DNA of 64,000 nt from Carcharhinus amblyrhynchos. Lineage: Eukaryota. A model generated the notes under the pieces. The model saw only the letters and a program-made list of their open reading frames with translations, did not search any database and was not told where the DNA came from. The stretch lies in assembly GCA_965287045.1 (NCBI GenBank), contig OZ336894.1, positions 40,486,001 through 40,550,000 on the forward strand. The letters run 5' to 3'. Numbering within the stretch: position 1 is the first letter of the stretch; each line of letters begins with the position of its first letter. This document shows, piece after piece, positions 1-13,604 of the stretch. Both the position numbers and the translations under genes were made by a program.

Positions 1-87
1 TTACGGGGATAGGGCCTGGGTGGGATTACTATTGGTGCAGGCTGTATGGACCAAATGGCCTCCTTCTGCACTGTAGGGATTCTATGA
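1..87 (+). mobile_element. 3' tail of HE1-type V-SINE (CR1-derived tail), cut by window edge
   Basis: GGGATAGGGCCTGGGTGGGATT...AATGGCCTCCTTCTGCACTGTAGGGATTCTATGA; the same tail occurs inverted at 40105-40240 and 63920-64000. Confidence 0.7.
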
Positions 88-1869
88 AAGGGAGTTGCTT
101 GGTTTTGAAATACAACAATACTATCTGACTTGCTGTTTTCATCTGATCTCTGCCATGAGGGAAGCTCTGTAAGCCGCCATCTTACAAAGAGTCTTTGAAC
201 ATGAAACAGTACTCACAGGCTGCAGCAACTGCTGTCTCTCATCAGGCCTGCAATTTTCTGTATCTCCATCCTTAATTTTCAATATACGCTCGTTCAGGCT
301 TTGCTACAGGCTAAGATGTGGAATACCGCCCTTATGAGTGCATGTAATTGTTGTGTTTATCTGGGGAATTAACTTAATACAAAATACAATTTGGCTTATC
401 AAGCCTGTTTGTTCTGCAGATGTTTTACCCAACCTAATCAACTCAAGGAAGAATTCTGAAAGTACTTCCCTGTCCCCTCAAAGGTCGTTATGTCTACCTA
501 CACTGTACATTCCTGATTGATTGCTTTCCTTGGCAGGACTTTCCAAAGGCTTAAATGAGTTACTTACATGCTTTCAACATGATCTTTTCCAGGTCGATAT
601 AAGTGGAAGATACAGTTGTAGGATTCGGGTAGCTAATTTAGCAAGCATCTCCCAGTAGACCATGAACAAAGCAAAACTCTCCTCTCCAACAAGTCCTTCA
701 ATCGCCCCTCATGATCACTGACCTTGATTTTCCATGTTATGCTTGATTTGACTGTATTCTCACATTTCCAACACACATCCACAATGCCTTCAGTATCTCA
801 GGGTACAATGGGATAATACAGAACCACAGAACTATCGAGTGACCGTGGCTTCATTCATGGCCAAACCATTATAAATAGGTGAGGCAACAAGGGTTACAAT
901 GATACAAATACATTTTATAGTCAGTGTTAAAGATTAATATTTTTCAGGAAAAATTCAGGATCCTGTTCCTAACTGCCTATTCATGATAGTACAGTGAGGT
1001 TATACAATAACTGCATGAGCCATACAGAACAAGTTATTTCTCGTAAAGATACAATACCACTCCACCTCATCAACCACAGACTAACCAACTGACTGACTAA
1101 TGGAATGCTTCCCAAACGTAACCCCTGGGGATGTCAATATTCTTCCCCACAGAGTAGTGGAGACAGAGTCTTTGAATGTTTTTAAGCAAAGATAGATACG
1201 TACCGGACTAACAAAGAACTGTGTTGCATGGCTGTGACACAGTTATACGGGTGAAAGTAATTTTTTTGGGGAGGTTCTTCTTGAGATTTGAGGGATACTT
1301 TGAGTTTTGGAACAACTCTCTGGTTTTCAGGGGTTCCTTTATCATTTCCCATAGGGCATTCAGGATACTGTTTCTTTGTTATTTTCTCTAAACTTCAAAT
1401 TCTAAATACAATTCCCAACAATAAACTAGGATCAGGTTAATCTCAAATTCCAACCATTTGATGCAATGAAACAGAAACCACAGGGCTACAGAGAAATAGT
1501 TTGGTGCAAATCTACAGAAATAATTAACAAAGACTGAGATCCAATTTTGTAATCTAATCAGGAATTTCAGCTATAAGCCATTTGAGCTTCACTGACAACT
1601 TAGATGAGTGTTTCATCGCAATCAAAAATAAATAACTTTCTTGCAACTCATATCTGCTTTATGACACTTTGTTGGAAATATCAGTTTAAAGTTCCAAATT
1701 AATCACAAGATAATGATCCACCATCTCTCTCCACCCTCAGTGGGGTCGGAGCGAGAATCACTCACAGTCTGGGCTGCTGTCCACCAGTGCCAGACACTCA
1801 GATGCAAACCTGTTAAAATTGAAGCCAGACAGTTATAAGTGGATTCCTCTGGGCCCAGATCACCGGCAT

Positions 1870-2195
1870 TGCGAGGTATAGATCAGGTGGATTCTCAGAG
1901 GCTATTTCCCAGGGCTGAAATGGTTGCTACAAGAGGACACAGGTTTAAGGTGCTGGGGAGTAGGTACAGAGGAGATGTCATGGGTAAGTTTTTCAGTCAG
2001 AAGGTGGTGGGTGAGTGGAATCGGCTGCCTTCGGTGGTGGTGGAGGCAAACTTATTGGGGTCTTTTAAGAGACTTCTGGATGAGTACATAGGATTTAATG
2101 GGATTGAGGGTTATAGATAGGCCTAGTAAGTAGGGATATAATCAGCACAACTTGTGGGCTGAAGGGCCTGTTTGTGCTGTAGTGTTCTACGTTCT
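1870..2195 (+). mobile_element. CR1 LINE 3' end (5'-truncated)
   Basis: ORF2 C-terminus RGIDQVDSQRLFP..TRGHRFKV..GKFFSQKVVGEWNRLP followed by the GGGCTGAAGGGCCTGT tail. Confidence 0.85.
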
Positions 2196-4167
2196 GCCGA
2201 CAGGGAAATAAGCGCAGAACAGAGAGGGACAGCATGGAACCCAAGGTGGCTGGTACCCGTTTGGACCAAAACTCGCTTCTCCAGATCTGATCTCAGGTTT
2301 TGCCTCCCATGCTCAGTATTCCTCCAATCAAAATACAGGGCAAAGAAGCAACCTTTCTTGAATTTTCACTCCATCATTTAGCTTTTGGAGGCTATTTGTG
2401 AAATTTCCAGGATGAATTCACACCCCCCTTCTCCCCAGACCTGTGTGATGAACCCTGGTAACTGGATCTCAGGTGGAGAAACTTCACAATGCTCTCTGGT
2501 TAAAGAGGATGCTACTTCAGGACCTTATCTCTTCCAGCAGCAACTATTTGCATACACAAACCAAAAACCTGTTCCATTGCTTTAAAAGGATGACACCACA
2601 TCTCTTAACTGTCCATACCACATCGCACGTAATCTTCCATTGCTAACCTTCACCAAATTTTGTCACTAGTTACAGGAGAAAGTGTGCAAGATGCCCAGAG
2701 AAACAAGCAATGGAGGGGAGCATCCCAAACCTCAAATGCAACATGCCCAAAAAGGAGCAGATCACAGAGTTCACAGGAAGACACACTGTTCTTGCTGCAT
2801 GATATCGGGACAGAATGCTGATATCAGGTTCATGACTGAATGTCTATATCATCATTTTATGAAGAACCACATGGCCAGAAGTGTTTTCACCTTTAGAGAC
2901 CCAGAGTAATGCTCTGGGGATCTGGGTTCAAATCCCAGCACGGCATATGATGAAATGTCAATTAAATAAAATTTGAAATTAGAAGTCAAATGTTGACTAT
3001 GAAATCATTACCAATTGTCATACAAACCCCTCTCATCTCCTTTAAATATTACCTCTGGACCCTGGAAGGAAAGATTCTTTGACAAGAGGACAACTTTATA
3101 AAATCATACTTTGATTCCTGGGTTTTAGTTAATGAGCAGACACAGTACAAGTATAGTCACATAAATGAATAATAGTCACGGCTCATTTCATGCATGAATT
3201 ATTACAAATACCAGATCTATACTCTCACCCTAATTGTCCTTGAGGGGTTAGTGATGGGCCTTGTTGCAAAATGCTGCAGTCTATGTGGTGAAGGAAACCA
3301 CAATGCTAATGAATAGAAAGTTTCATTTATTGATCCATTGACAATGAAGCAACGTAAGACACAAACATGTAACTTGATCTGAAGTTTAAAGGTCATTTAA
3401 GGCACAAATGTAAAATCAGACAGGGCCAGCCCAGTATAAGCAGAATAAATAATCCAACCCTGATCTATAGTGAGAGGAAATATCAAAAGTTCAGCATAAA
3501 TCTCAGACCCCAGTGCAATATATCCCAGGATGTTAAAGGAAGCAAGAGAGGAAAAAGCAGAGAATCCAGGAGTAATATTTAAAGGAGGTGAGAGGATTCT
3601 TGTCCGCCAGCTGGAGAACCAGAGAAAGCCCTCTTTTAGAGAAGGAACGTCTTAATAAGTGCCCTTAACAATTAGAGGCCAGCAGCTCTATTGAATGGCA
3701 ATGTCACCAGAGGCGCACTGGTTTCTGAGGATACACGCACTAGTGGCCTAGCATTGTCACTGGATTCCCAGGACACAGGGAAGGGAAGGCAGGAGAGCAG
3801 TTAACAGCAAGAGCAGGAAATGGCTCTCAGCAGGACCCACCCTCGCCTTTGAAGAGGGTAGCCTGCAGCAGTCCCTAAGCAACCCCACACAAATTTGCAT
3901 CTCCTGCTCCCAGCATGGCAAGCCCTTACCTGCTGCTGGGTTGAGTTAATTAATGCCCAGACAGCAGGCTGAGTATGCTTTCAATGGGCCTTCTTGTCAC
4001 ATGTTTAATCAGCAGGAATGTGACAGGACTCACAACCGCCATCTCCCTATCACCCAAACCACCATGGGTGAAGACATCAAATTTCACACCAGCAGTGTAA
4101 AATTGTCCCCGTGGACTCCTATTCAAAGTCCAAAGCATTGGGATACAGAATACTGAAACGCCTAGAT

Positions 4168-4505
4168 TGTGTGGAAGAATGCTGAAAGGCTTGGGTAGAG
4201 TGCACAAGAGGAAGGTGTTTCCATTAGTAGGAGAGACTAGGACCTGAGGGCACAGCAGAGAAAAGGGACAGCCCTTTAGTACTGAGATGAGGAGGAATTT
4301 CTTCAGCCAGAGGGTGGTGAATCTATGGAATTCATTGCCACAGAAGGCTGCGGAGACCAGGTCTTTAAGTTCATATAACAGAGAGATAGATAAAGGGATC
4401 ATGGGTTACAGGGAAAAAGCAGGAGAATTTTATGAGCCATCATTGAATTGTGGAGAAGATGCTACATGCCGAATGGCCTAACACTGCTCCTATATTTTAT
4501 GGTCT
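4168..4505 (+). mobile_element. CR1 LINE 3' end
   Basis: MRRNFFSQRVVNLWNSLPQKA, typical CR1 ORF2 C-terminus, plus CCGAATGGCCT tail. Confidence 0.85.
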
Positions 4506-5099
4506 TGTGGATGGATGGGCAGCCAATGCCAGCTTGGCACATGACAAGAATGTTGTTTTTTAAAGGCCTTTGGAGAAAAAAATCCTGATTTCCTAAAAGA
4601 CGATAGGTAGAGGAATAGCCTATTCATTCTTTCAACTTTGTCCCGCCATTCAATTAGAACAAGGTTTATCTGCATCTTAACTCCATTTTCCCCTGTTGGT
4701 TCCTTCCCCTTAGTGCTGTACTTCCACTGCTCTAAGTGTTCAGAGTCATGGAACAACAAAGTAGGAAGATTCCAAACACACTTTGACAACAATAAAAGTT
4801 TGTCTCAAGTCAAATTTGAACACTTACATTTCACTAATATGACAGCACAGACACTTCTGATCAGGTAGGGAACAGTAAAGTAATCCTCAGTTAAGATGCC
4901 ATTTAGAACAAAATGTGGCAGATCGGATACTGTTGCAAATATATCCTGCACTTCCCAATAATACTTTCCTACTGTGTTGTCAAACAGCTTTGCATGGAAA
5001 TAATTAAACTATGACTATTTAATTACATAATTAGTTCCCAGTTTACAGGGTGCAACGTGGTGTTCACAGCAATATGAGGTTAGAAGAGTTTGAAGTTTT

Positions 5100-5262
5100 T
5101 TAATAAGTTTACTTATTAGTGTCACAAGTAGGCTTACATAAACACTGCAATGAAATTACTATGAAAATTGCCTAGTCGCCACACTCCGGCAGCTGTTCAG
5201 GTACATTGAGGGAGAATTTAGCATGGCCGATGCACCTAACCAGCACATCTTTCAGACTGTGA
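5100..5262 (-). mobile_element. V-SINE 3' half with GGCGACTAGG...CTAATAA tail
   Basis: Reverse complement matches the 3' halves of the SINEs at 44070-44320 and 46264-46578. Confidence 0.75.
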
Positions 5263-5309
5263 AAGGAGTGGATTCGCTTGGTAACAGCAAGACCTAGAAT
5301 TAATGAAAG

Positions 5310-5475
5310 GAAAGAAACAAAGAATAGCACAGCACACGAAACAGGCCCTTCAGCCCTCCAAGCCTGTGCCGCGCATTGGTCCAACTAGACCATTTGTTTG
5401 TATCCCTCCATTCCCAAGCTGCTCATGTGTCTATCCAGCTAATCTGAAACAACGGCAGCATGTCTGCCTCCAAAG
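5310..5475 (-). mobile_element. CR1 3' tail fragment
   Basis: Reverse complement reads GCTTGGAGGGCTGAAGGGCCTGTTTCGTGTGCTG...TTCTTTGTTTCTTT. Confidence 0.7.
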
Positions 5476-5902
5476 AAATATTTCTTTGAACGATAGGATA
5501 TGTTCTACCTAATAGCAAGGGGAAATCTGCCAGCAGCCCACATTCAAAGGGGCTGATGAGATGGTCCTTTTCTCAATGACAAGAGTAGCAGACGTCGAGA
5601 TAAGACCAGATGTAAATATCCCCATCTTCAAGAAGCAGTTCACCAATCTGAATAAGATAAGAGAAGGCATACAGATGGTAATTTTCGAAAGTCAGAAACG
5701 TAGGAGAGACAGACAAATCAATATACAACGAGCAGAATCAGAAAGCCAAGGGTATAATCGTCAACTGATGCAGAAGCAAGACGGGTTGAATATATCACAG
5801 GAAGTCCAGGATAATATCGCATCGCAAGCCAGCCTACAGCAAAGTTCCTTTTTAAGGTCTTACACCAAAGTTAGAGCATAAAACTTTCTAAAGACAGTTT
5901 AC

Positions 5903-5988
5903 CTAGCTTCACTCAGTAGCACCAATGCTGGATGGAGGTCTACGCCTGACTGCCTCGTGACAGGATGGCTTCCCCCGGTTGCCGCCAT
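5903..5988 (-). CDS. Probable first coding exon of a divergently transcribed gene (MAATGGSHPVTRQSGVDLHPALVLLSEAR...), product unknown
   Basis: AAAATGGCGGC start context at the CpG-island edge, 28 codons + 2 nt, then donor AG|GTAAAC; downstream exons not established. Confidence 0.5.
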
Positions 5989-6720
5989 TTTCGTGGTCCC
6001 GCCCACTGGAGCAACGGCCGCCGCCGCTGACGTCACCTGCGAGTGACGTCACAGAAGCCCACGTGCCTCCAACCCCTGCCATCTGACTGGCCCGGCCCAC
6101 TACCCTACGTTCCCGCCGATTCCCGCGCGAGGGGCCGGCCGCGAGGCGGAGTGGAACGCGCTCCCTGTCTCCCACCGAGGGCCCCCCCCCCACCCCCGCC
6201 GGAGGGTGCTCACGTCCGCGCGGGGCGCGTTCCCGCAGACCCTCTTACGTCACGGGTTTGCCAGCGAAGGCGCATTGGTGGCAGTTGAGGCTGGCCCTGT
6301 TAAGAGGTATAACGGGCGGACCGAGTACTTGGTTGAGGGAGCGGTACCGTCCCTTGGGAAGCTCCCTTTCCGCTTTTCCCTCCCAGTACTGCCTGGATGT
6401 CGGTGGCTGTGTCTGGCGCGAGTAGGGGGCCTGAGGTGAGTTTGATGGAGGGAAGCAGAGCGGCGGCCATGTTCTTGTGCAGGTGCTCTGGGCCCGCGAA
6501 TATCAGGCGACAAAAAAAACCCCGAAAACCCGCCGTTTAAAATTGCCTAACCACGCAATCGCTGAACACAGGTAGGGGCCTGGAGCCCATGTTTCGGTCA
6601 TTTTGAAGTGTTTGTGGGCATGGGAAGTTAAATGAGACTCTCCGAGGGCCAAGCCACGAGGGGAGAGAGGGCGGGATCATTCCCGCTCAGAACGAAAAGC
6701 CTCGAATCACATAGTGGGCA
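5940..6720. promoter_or_regulatory. CpG island / probable bidirectional promoter
   Basis: Sharp GC and CpG enrichment in AT-rich, CpG-poor surroundings; TGACGTCA at 6028-6035 and 6044-6051, CACGTG 6060-6065, TTACGTCA 6245-6252, ATTGG ~6274, YY1-like GCCGCCATTTT 5981-5991. Confidence 0.85.
6290..6435 (+). other. Probable non-coding exon 1 of the + strand gene (start approximate)
   Basis: Consensus donor GAG|GTGAGT at 6435/6436 inside the CpG island; alternative donor CAG|GTAGGG at 6571/6572. Confidence 0.55.
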
Positions 6721-8489
6721 AAAATCAGTAAACTTCTGGTGAGAGTGTATGCAGAATCAGCATCTTCGTCAAGCTCAAGTATCCTTGAGGTTCAAGCGAG
6801 ATGGATCAATTTGTTGTTTTGGGGGCGATTAAACTAAAAGGGTAAATTAACTGCGAGTGTTGGAAATCTGCGCAGGCCGAAAGACAAGTCAGCATTTGGG
6901 TCGGTAAGCCTTTGTAAGAATGCCGATTTCTAGCATTCGTTGTTCAAAATGCAGTGTCATATTCAGTCTGTCTGAATTGCCAAAGTGGAGCAATTTGAAT
7001 TGTCTTCAAGTACGACGGAGATGTTACAAAACCCCTACTGTTCCTCATTTTATGTCGGTCATATGAGAATGTAGAATAGGTGAATGGGAGTTGGATGATT
7101 AACTTAGCAGTTCAGCCAGTACTCTGGTCACTTGCTACTCTCTCAAAAAGAAGTAATTTTAAGATGGACGGAACTAAATCCATAATTCAAAATAATTTTG
7201 TTGCAGCAAAATTCTGAATTTCTTAGAATGATTTACTTTTACGTTTTAAAGCCTTCATAAAATTACCTTGAGAGATCTGACAGGAGACTTCCTGATGCAA
7301 AATTAAACATATCTGCTGGTCTGCGTTGCGTGTGTTACACGATGTAATCGGTAGACTTGCAAATCCCTTTAGTTCTTAATTATTTAGCTTTGAACCATTT
7401 TTCCCAACAAATGCTCCAATCGTACTTAGTTTGAACAATTTATTTGAATGTCGTTATTATTCTTAACTACTGCAGTCCATCGGAAGAATGTAAGTTTCAT
7501 CAGATAAAATCAAATATCTCTCTGTTGGCTCTTACCTGTAGAGCGATGCACGAAGATGCTGAAAAGGAGTTAGCTATTGACGTTGTGTGAATTGTTTTGA
7601 TGCAATATCTATTTTGCTTCTACCCATTTACTGAGACTTACATTTTATAAAAATCTGTAACAAAGAACAATTTCCAAAGATGCTTCAACAGATCTATAAT
7701 TAGACAAATATGAATTCAAAGCCAAGGAAAAAGGGAATGGATGAGGTGATGAAATCTGAAGTTTGAGAGAAAGCTGGAAGGATTGAGGGACTAAATTCCA
7801 AAGCCTAGCTGCCAGTGGAAGGGTGAAGCTGGGGAAGGTTAGAAACACAGAAGGTCAAAGCCAGAGAAAGCAAATAGTGGGGTGGGGGGGTAGGGCTGAA
7901 TGGAAGGTAGAGATGTACTTCTATTTGAATGAGATTTGTTACCAAATATACCATGTTCCATTCATGCTTCTCCATCCAGCAGTTTTTTTTTCAATACTTG
8001 GTTTCCTTTGGGAATTTTTGCGATGTAGATTTTTTTGTACGCATTCTTTATCTGTTAAAATTTCCAACATCTGCAGGATCTGTCACTTCTATTCCAGGAA
8101 TGCTCACCTTGAAGATGTTCTGTTCTCTCCGATGGGAATTCTGTTTCTTTTGCCTTTTTCATCAACTTTGGTTTCTGTTTCCCTTTTCGTATTTCATCAA
8201 ATGTCTACCAAATTTCACTTTGACAGTCAGATCTCTTTCAACAGTTATCTTATCCTTTGTTTCGGATCCAGTCATAAATACAAAAAGATGTTCAGCATTC
8301 CTTGACCACTATTCTTGTTCCTGGTAAAGGTCACTAAACTGAATTGTTAACTCCATTTCACTCTCAATATATGCTGCCATGCCTGCTCAGTATTTCCAGT
8401 GTTTTCTTAAAAGCATATTTTGTTTGCATTGAATGATTTTTCATCAGAAATCCATAACAACTTGATTGTACCTCCTAAGGTCGGGAAAC

Positions 8490-11400
8490 AAATGTGGGGA
8501 CCATTTTTGGTTCTTGACATTGGGGAGTGGTGGTTGGAGGAGGAAGTAGTCACAGCTGAGAGCTTTGTAGATGCAGGCTGCTAATTAGTCGGAGGGTGGG
8601 TTGAGCATTTTAATGCAAGATGGAGGTGGAATTCTGCACGCGTGGGCCCCATTTGAAGATATCACAACATCCATTACTGTGATACCAGTGTTTCAGGAGG
8701 AGGGGAGACAAGTTTGCCACCCAAGCCAGAGCTATCCTCAGTTCTTTTTAATGATGATCAGAGTTCTGGGGGAGACCATGAAGGGAGGAGAATGTCCTCC
8801 TTCTGGAGATGGAAAGAAAAACCATATAGCCAAACAAAACTGGCATGGATGAGATCTGTCAACTGTGTTCCGTAGAAATTGGGTTGAGCGCCATAAAGGC
8901 TCATTGCTCTGTAAAGGTGAGTGCAATGATAGACCTTGATGACAAATCTCTGGGTTAACAAAGAGAAAAAAGACAATCATAGCACAGGAACAGGCCCTTT
9001 GTACCTCCTAGCCTGCGCAGACCACGCTGCACATCTGAACTGAAGCCCCCTATCCTTTTGGGAATCGTATCTCTCTATTCTCATCCTGTTCATGTATTTG
9101 TCAAGATGCCCCTACAAAGTCACTATCGTATCTGTTTCCACTACCTCCCCTGGCAGTGAGTTCCAAGCACCCACCACCCTCCGTGTAAAAACAAAAAATT
9201 GCCTCGTACATCTTTAAATCTTGCCCCTTGCACCTTAAACCTATGTCCATGAGAAATTGACTCTTCTATCCTCGGAAAAAGCTTCTGACTATCCACTCTG
9301 TCCACAACCCTCATAATCTCATGGTCTTCTATCAAGTCGCCCCTCAACCTCCATTGTTCCAGTGATAACAAACCAGGAGGGGACCAAGTCAAAGGCCTTA
9401 CTGAAGTCCATGTGGATAACATCCACTGCCCTGCCCTTTCAACTTCCAGCAGACACACTAGATAAGTTGCATGAGGGTACATGCTCCTACTGATCATGGG
9501 AACAGTGTGTGATCAAGGTACTTATCTCACCAAGGTCGACAGCCTTCCTGTATTTGAGCACTTGCCAGCAGTGAGACATACATCTTCATATGTCAAAGAT
9601 CCACTGGCATGGGCCACAAGGCCTATAGTGCCTTATCTTTCTTTTGTCCCTACAAATGAAATTGGCTCAATGCAAGGACTCTGCAAGAACAAGACGGTTC
9701 TAACATGAGATGTGTCCCAGCACATGATCACTTAACATGGAGGAAGGAGTCAATGCAATCACAAGGCCCCATAGGAGCAAGTTGGGGTAGGACCAATGGG
9801 CATTCCAGCTGGAAGTTGAAAAGGTATTGCAGTCTGTGGATGAAGGAAATGGAATGTACTCTTCCCTATCTGACAACATTATCAGCATTGGATAGCTTTA
9901 GCACCTTACGACACTCTTCTCAAAGACCAGTTCTCATGATTTTATATCTCCCTGCAGGTCCTGATGTGGAAAGGGTATGCTAGGGCCCTGGTATGACACC
10001 AGGGCACTCAAAATTGAAACAGCAGAGCAAGCACATGCATATCTTATAAGCGCACCCTCCACAGACACATATGCTGGTTTTGGTGGGTCCTTGAGTTGAT
10101 TTAAATGGGAGCTAGATGAAGAGTAAGGAAAATAAACAGGAAGAGATGAGAGAGGCAATTGTGAGCCATCCTATCTGAGTAGACACGAGCACCATAAGTT
10201 GCATGTTGATGTCAGATTTTGGAAATCATAACACAGGAAGCTCTATTTAGGATGATAGCAGCAGGTAGGAACCCACATCTCAATTTCTCAAGGTGCAGTG
10301 CAGAGTCATGAACTGAGTGGAAGAGTCCTTTCAGCACATATACCGTCCTGGTTCAGAGTTGTGAATTTGAGCTCATACCATTGAGAGAGTGGCCAACCTC
10401 ATGGAAAGACGTGTGCCTCAGTACTGAGTAGACGCAGAAGCAAAACACAATGCATGCCATGCTCTGAAGTATTGATCAGTCAGTGGCACTGATGATACAA
10501 ATATATTTGGCCTGGGTGCCAGTTGCACATCAATTGATCTCCAACCATTCAGAGCATTAGCTAATGACTGAGACAGTCACCAGTGAGGATGAAAGTGCCC
10601 CCATTAATGAGGGCCTTGCACTACTGTTAGTGCAGCAGCATCAGTAGGTGCCAGAAGGATGATCGCTATTTGCATCTCAGCATCAAGCAGAGGCAAGCAA
10701 TCCAGTAGCCTCCACCTCATACAAGGCCACGAAGAGCAATGATTAATCATGCTGGAGAGTGGAAGTCACTATGTTGAATGAAGAACATCTGCAATTTTTA
10801 ACCTTTTGAATTATGATCTTAGTTGAAATGAGTAACTTTCTTTTTAAAAGAAGAAATCTGAGGTCCCAGTTGAAATCACAGGAATCGGCCTTTTAAACAA
10901 AATGTTTTACTATACAAGTGTCAAACAAAACTCAATACTACCTTGGGTAACCACCTATACTCTAAAATCCAGAATCAGTTAAACATAACAGGCAAATTGC
11001 AGTTAATTCTAAACTATAAATTTATACATTAAGTACACATACAAAAATAGATTTGATGAATTGTCTCGGCAGTACACTCAGCATATATGTCGTTACTCTT
11101 AGTTACCAAGTCTTTGAAAACTCCTCTTCGTGAGGAATTTCAGCTCCTCTTCTAGGATTTAGCTTGATCCTCAACCGATAGCAACGCACAAATACCCAAT
11201 CCAAGTTCCACAGGCCTTCCACGTGTCTTTCCCAAAAATAGCTCAACTTTGCAGAACTACCTAACTCATTACACTGGCATGGATGGCTTTGATCTCCCGG
11301 TGTTATTCCTGAAAAATGGAAACAGCCACAGCAACAGTATATTTGCCAATTCTCAGTTTCTGGTTTTAGCCAGTGTTTTCAGCCTGTCAGTACTGACCAT

Positions 11401-12800
11401 TGCATGAGTACTGCTCTATGTTCATTTATATATTTTCAATGAGTTTCAATCTCCCAGAATTTTTTGTTTTGTTTCAGTCTTAATTTTCTTAAATTTTCTG
11501 GCAGGATTTTTTTTCTTCCAGAATTTCCATTTTCAATTAGGGGCTGTCTCAATAATATAGAGGGCAGTTTTGTGGCCTCCTTGTGATGTGTTTCTCTAAT
11601 GAGCTATGTTCCAATATGTAGGGTCCACAACACTCTGGTTGGCTGTATTATGAAAAGTGTAGAAGATCGTTATGATGTGTGATAACCTTTTTAAGGAGTG
11701 CACGGCCTGCCACCCGACCAATTAAGGTACTGGAATTGCATCTTCAGAAGCTTGGTTAATGGTAGGCCTTGTGAGTAGATGGCTTCAGGTGTAGCACCTC
11801 TGTAATTCTGCCTTGGGGTCAAAAACAAAGGGGCGAGTAGCCATCTTTTCTTGTGATATATGTTGTCCATCAGAATCCATCCACATTGTTTTGGGATAGA
11901 ATGAAGACCCACAGCACCTGAGATTGCCAAAGGATGACAGAACCATGGCAGCTGCCTGGGAAGTGAGTATACACACACACACATGATTCTTGTGGTCACA
12001 GACCAGCTGAACATTGAGTGAGTAGAAACCCATTAATGCATTTCATTGGCCCGTCATTTGTTACCTTGGTCGTATGGGTGAATTCAATGATGCCCTGCAC
12101 CTGGGGGAATCCAACAATGGAGGCAAAACTTGCTGCCCTTGGTACCTGCTAGGCCTTATCTTTCTGAAATTGTATGCAAGATCTTACTTTCACAAATAGA
12201 ATATCAATGAGCTATAAGACATTACCAACATTCATAGTTGACCTTGGAGGGCAACAGAGGCCCCATTGTCTTCTGGTGAGCAGTGATACCAAGTGTGACG
12301 TCTTCCACGATGCAAATTAAAATCTCTGTCATCATGTGTCTAGGTAAGTGCATGTGTTATGGCACCAGTTCTCCAACCTGTTTAGTGGGCATTATTTTTG
12401 ATGTTGGATCATCTGTTGCCTTTCTACACCTCAACTTTCACTTCTATCCTGCTCATGCCCAGGATTCTACCACCACACCCAATATCTGACATTTGTGCTC
12501 CTATTACCAGCTGCCTTCCTTGTGCTCAGCTAGTTTCCCAATAATATGTAGAAACCTAACCCCTGTTATGCTTCCACTGTATCAGGAGGGTGATCTGCAG
12601 CCCAAGTGCGTACAGACCACTGTTAGTCCAATCATTGTCACCTGTTGGTGCCAGTGTGCAAATAGCTGAGTAACCATCTCAGCTGTGCTCCCTCTTATGG
12701 ACCCACTTTTTTTTTGGTGTTTTTGTGGTTACTCCCCATTATAAAGAACAACACAGCACAGGAAACAGGCCCTTCGGCCCAATGAACCCACGCCGCCATT
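8490..12800. mobile_element. Degraded PIF/Harbinger DNA transposon: Myb/SANT-like gene (+, from ~8750) convergent with DDE transposase (-, ~11600-12300)
   Basis: + strand QTKLAWMR...RRNWVERHK; - strand RAASFASIVGFPQVQGIIEFTH, GFYSLNVQLVCDH, LLKMQFQYLNWSGG resemble HARBI1-type motifs (GFPxVQGAIDCTH, GFHSLNVQLVCD, LLKMRFRCLDRSGG); TIRs not resolved. Confidence 0.75.
8965..9450 (-). mobile_element. CR1 LINE 3' fragment nested in the Harbinger
   Basis: LLSLEQWRLRGDLIE..IMRVVDRVDSQKLFPR..HGHRFKV. Confidence 0.85.
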
Positions 12801-13604
12801 TTAACGTTGTGAGTGCCCTCTTCTACCTATGACCTTTGTCTACGCCTATTGGGGAAGATTGAGGGAAGATTATGTATCCAGCATGCTGACAACAATCTCA
12901 TTAACTGGATTAATTGGCCTTGTTCCAAATTAGGCAGGTTCCCTGGACTCTCATATCTGCATCCTGAAGAAAATTGCCAGCAGCAGGAACAGTGATCTGA
13001 AACCAACAAGCCTTTTAACGGAGCTATTTTTAGTACCCAGCCACCTCCGATCCTACCCATATTGGAACCTACAAATCCTATCCCTGGCATTTGGATATGA
13101 AGTCACTCAGCCAGCTGGGAATCTTATAGTGACGTGAGAGGATGGCAGCCCCTGTTTCAGAATATGAAGAGGCTGTGTCTCAATTTCTAATTATTTGCAC
13201 TCTGATCTTTGGCTGCTCTGCAGAGAAAGCAGGCAGATCTTATGATTGCTTGGCCTGACAAGATTGTCATCAACAGGTCTACGCATAGCTAGTTGAGTGG
13301 TTTGGTTGGCCCAGCTGCCTGCCTCTCTTAGATAGTTATGTCTATAAACCTGTCGTCCTGGGTGATGGAGCACACACTGTCCACTTGAGGCTTTTCAGGA
13401 CTGATTGGCACTGATGAACTGGAGTGGTTCATAATCAGATTTTAATTATCTAATACATAATCAGATGCATTCCCTTTCATTTTTTTATTTGCTATTTTCT
13501 TAGTGGTGCTTCCTCAAGGAACCACTTTTTTGTAGTTAAGTACCTGTAATTGGATGAATATAATAGTGCGCTATTATAGAGAAACATTTGAAGGGAGTTC
13601 AATA

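Noticed and set aside
217-303. Minus-strand exon candidate QSLNERILKIKDGDTENCRPDERQQLLQP with a GTGAGT donor
   Set aside because: Weak acceptor, phase not linkable to the exon at 5903-5988, no recognisable homology
4828-4987. Minus-strand open stretch LFDNTVGKYYWEVQDIF...AVILVK ending in GTAAGT
   Set aside because: Needs a phase-0 AAG acceptor whereas the upstream exon ends in phase 2; 53 open codons can arise by chance
5561-5881. 106-aa + strand ORF next to the promoter
   Set aside because: No splice signals, promoter context or family motifs; probably intronic to the minus-strand gene
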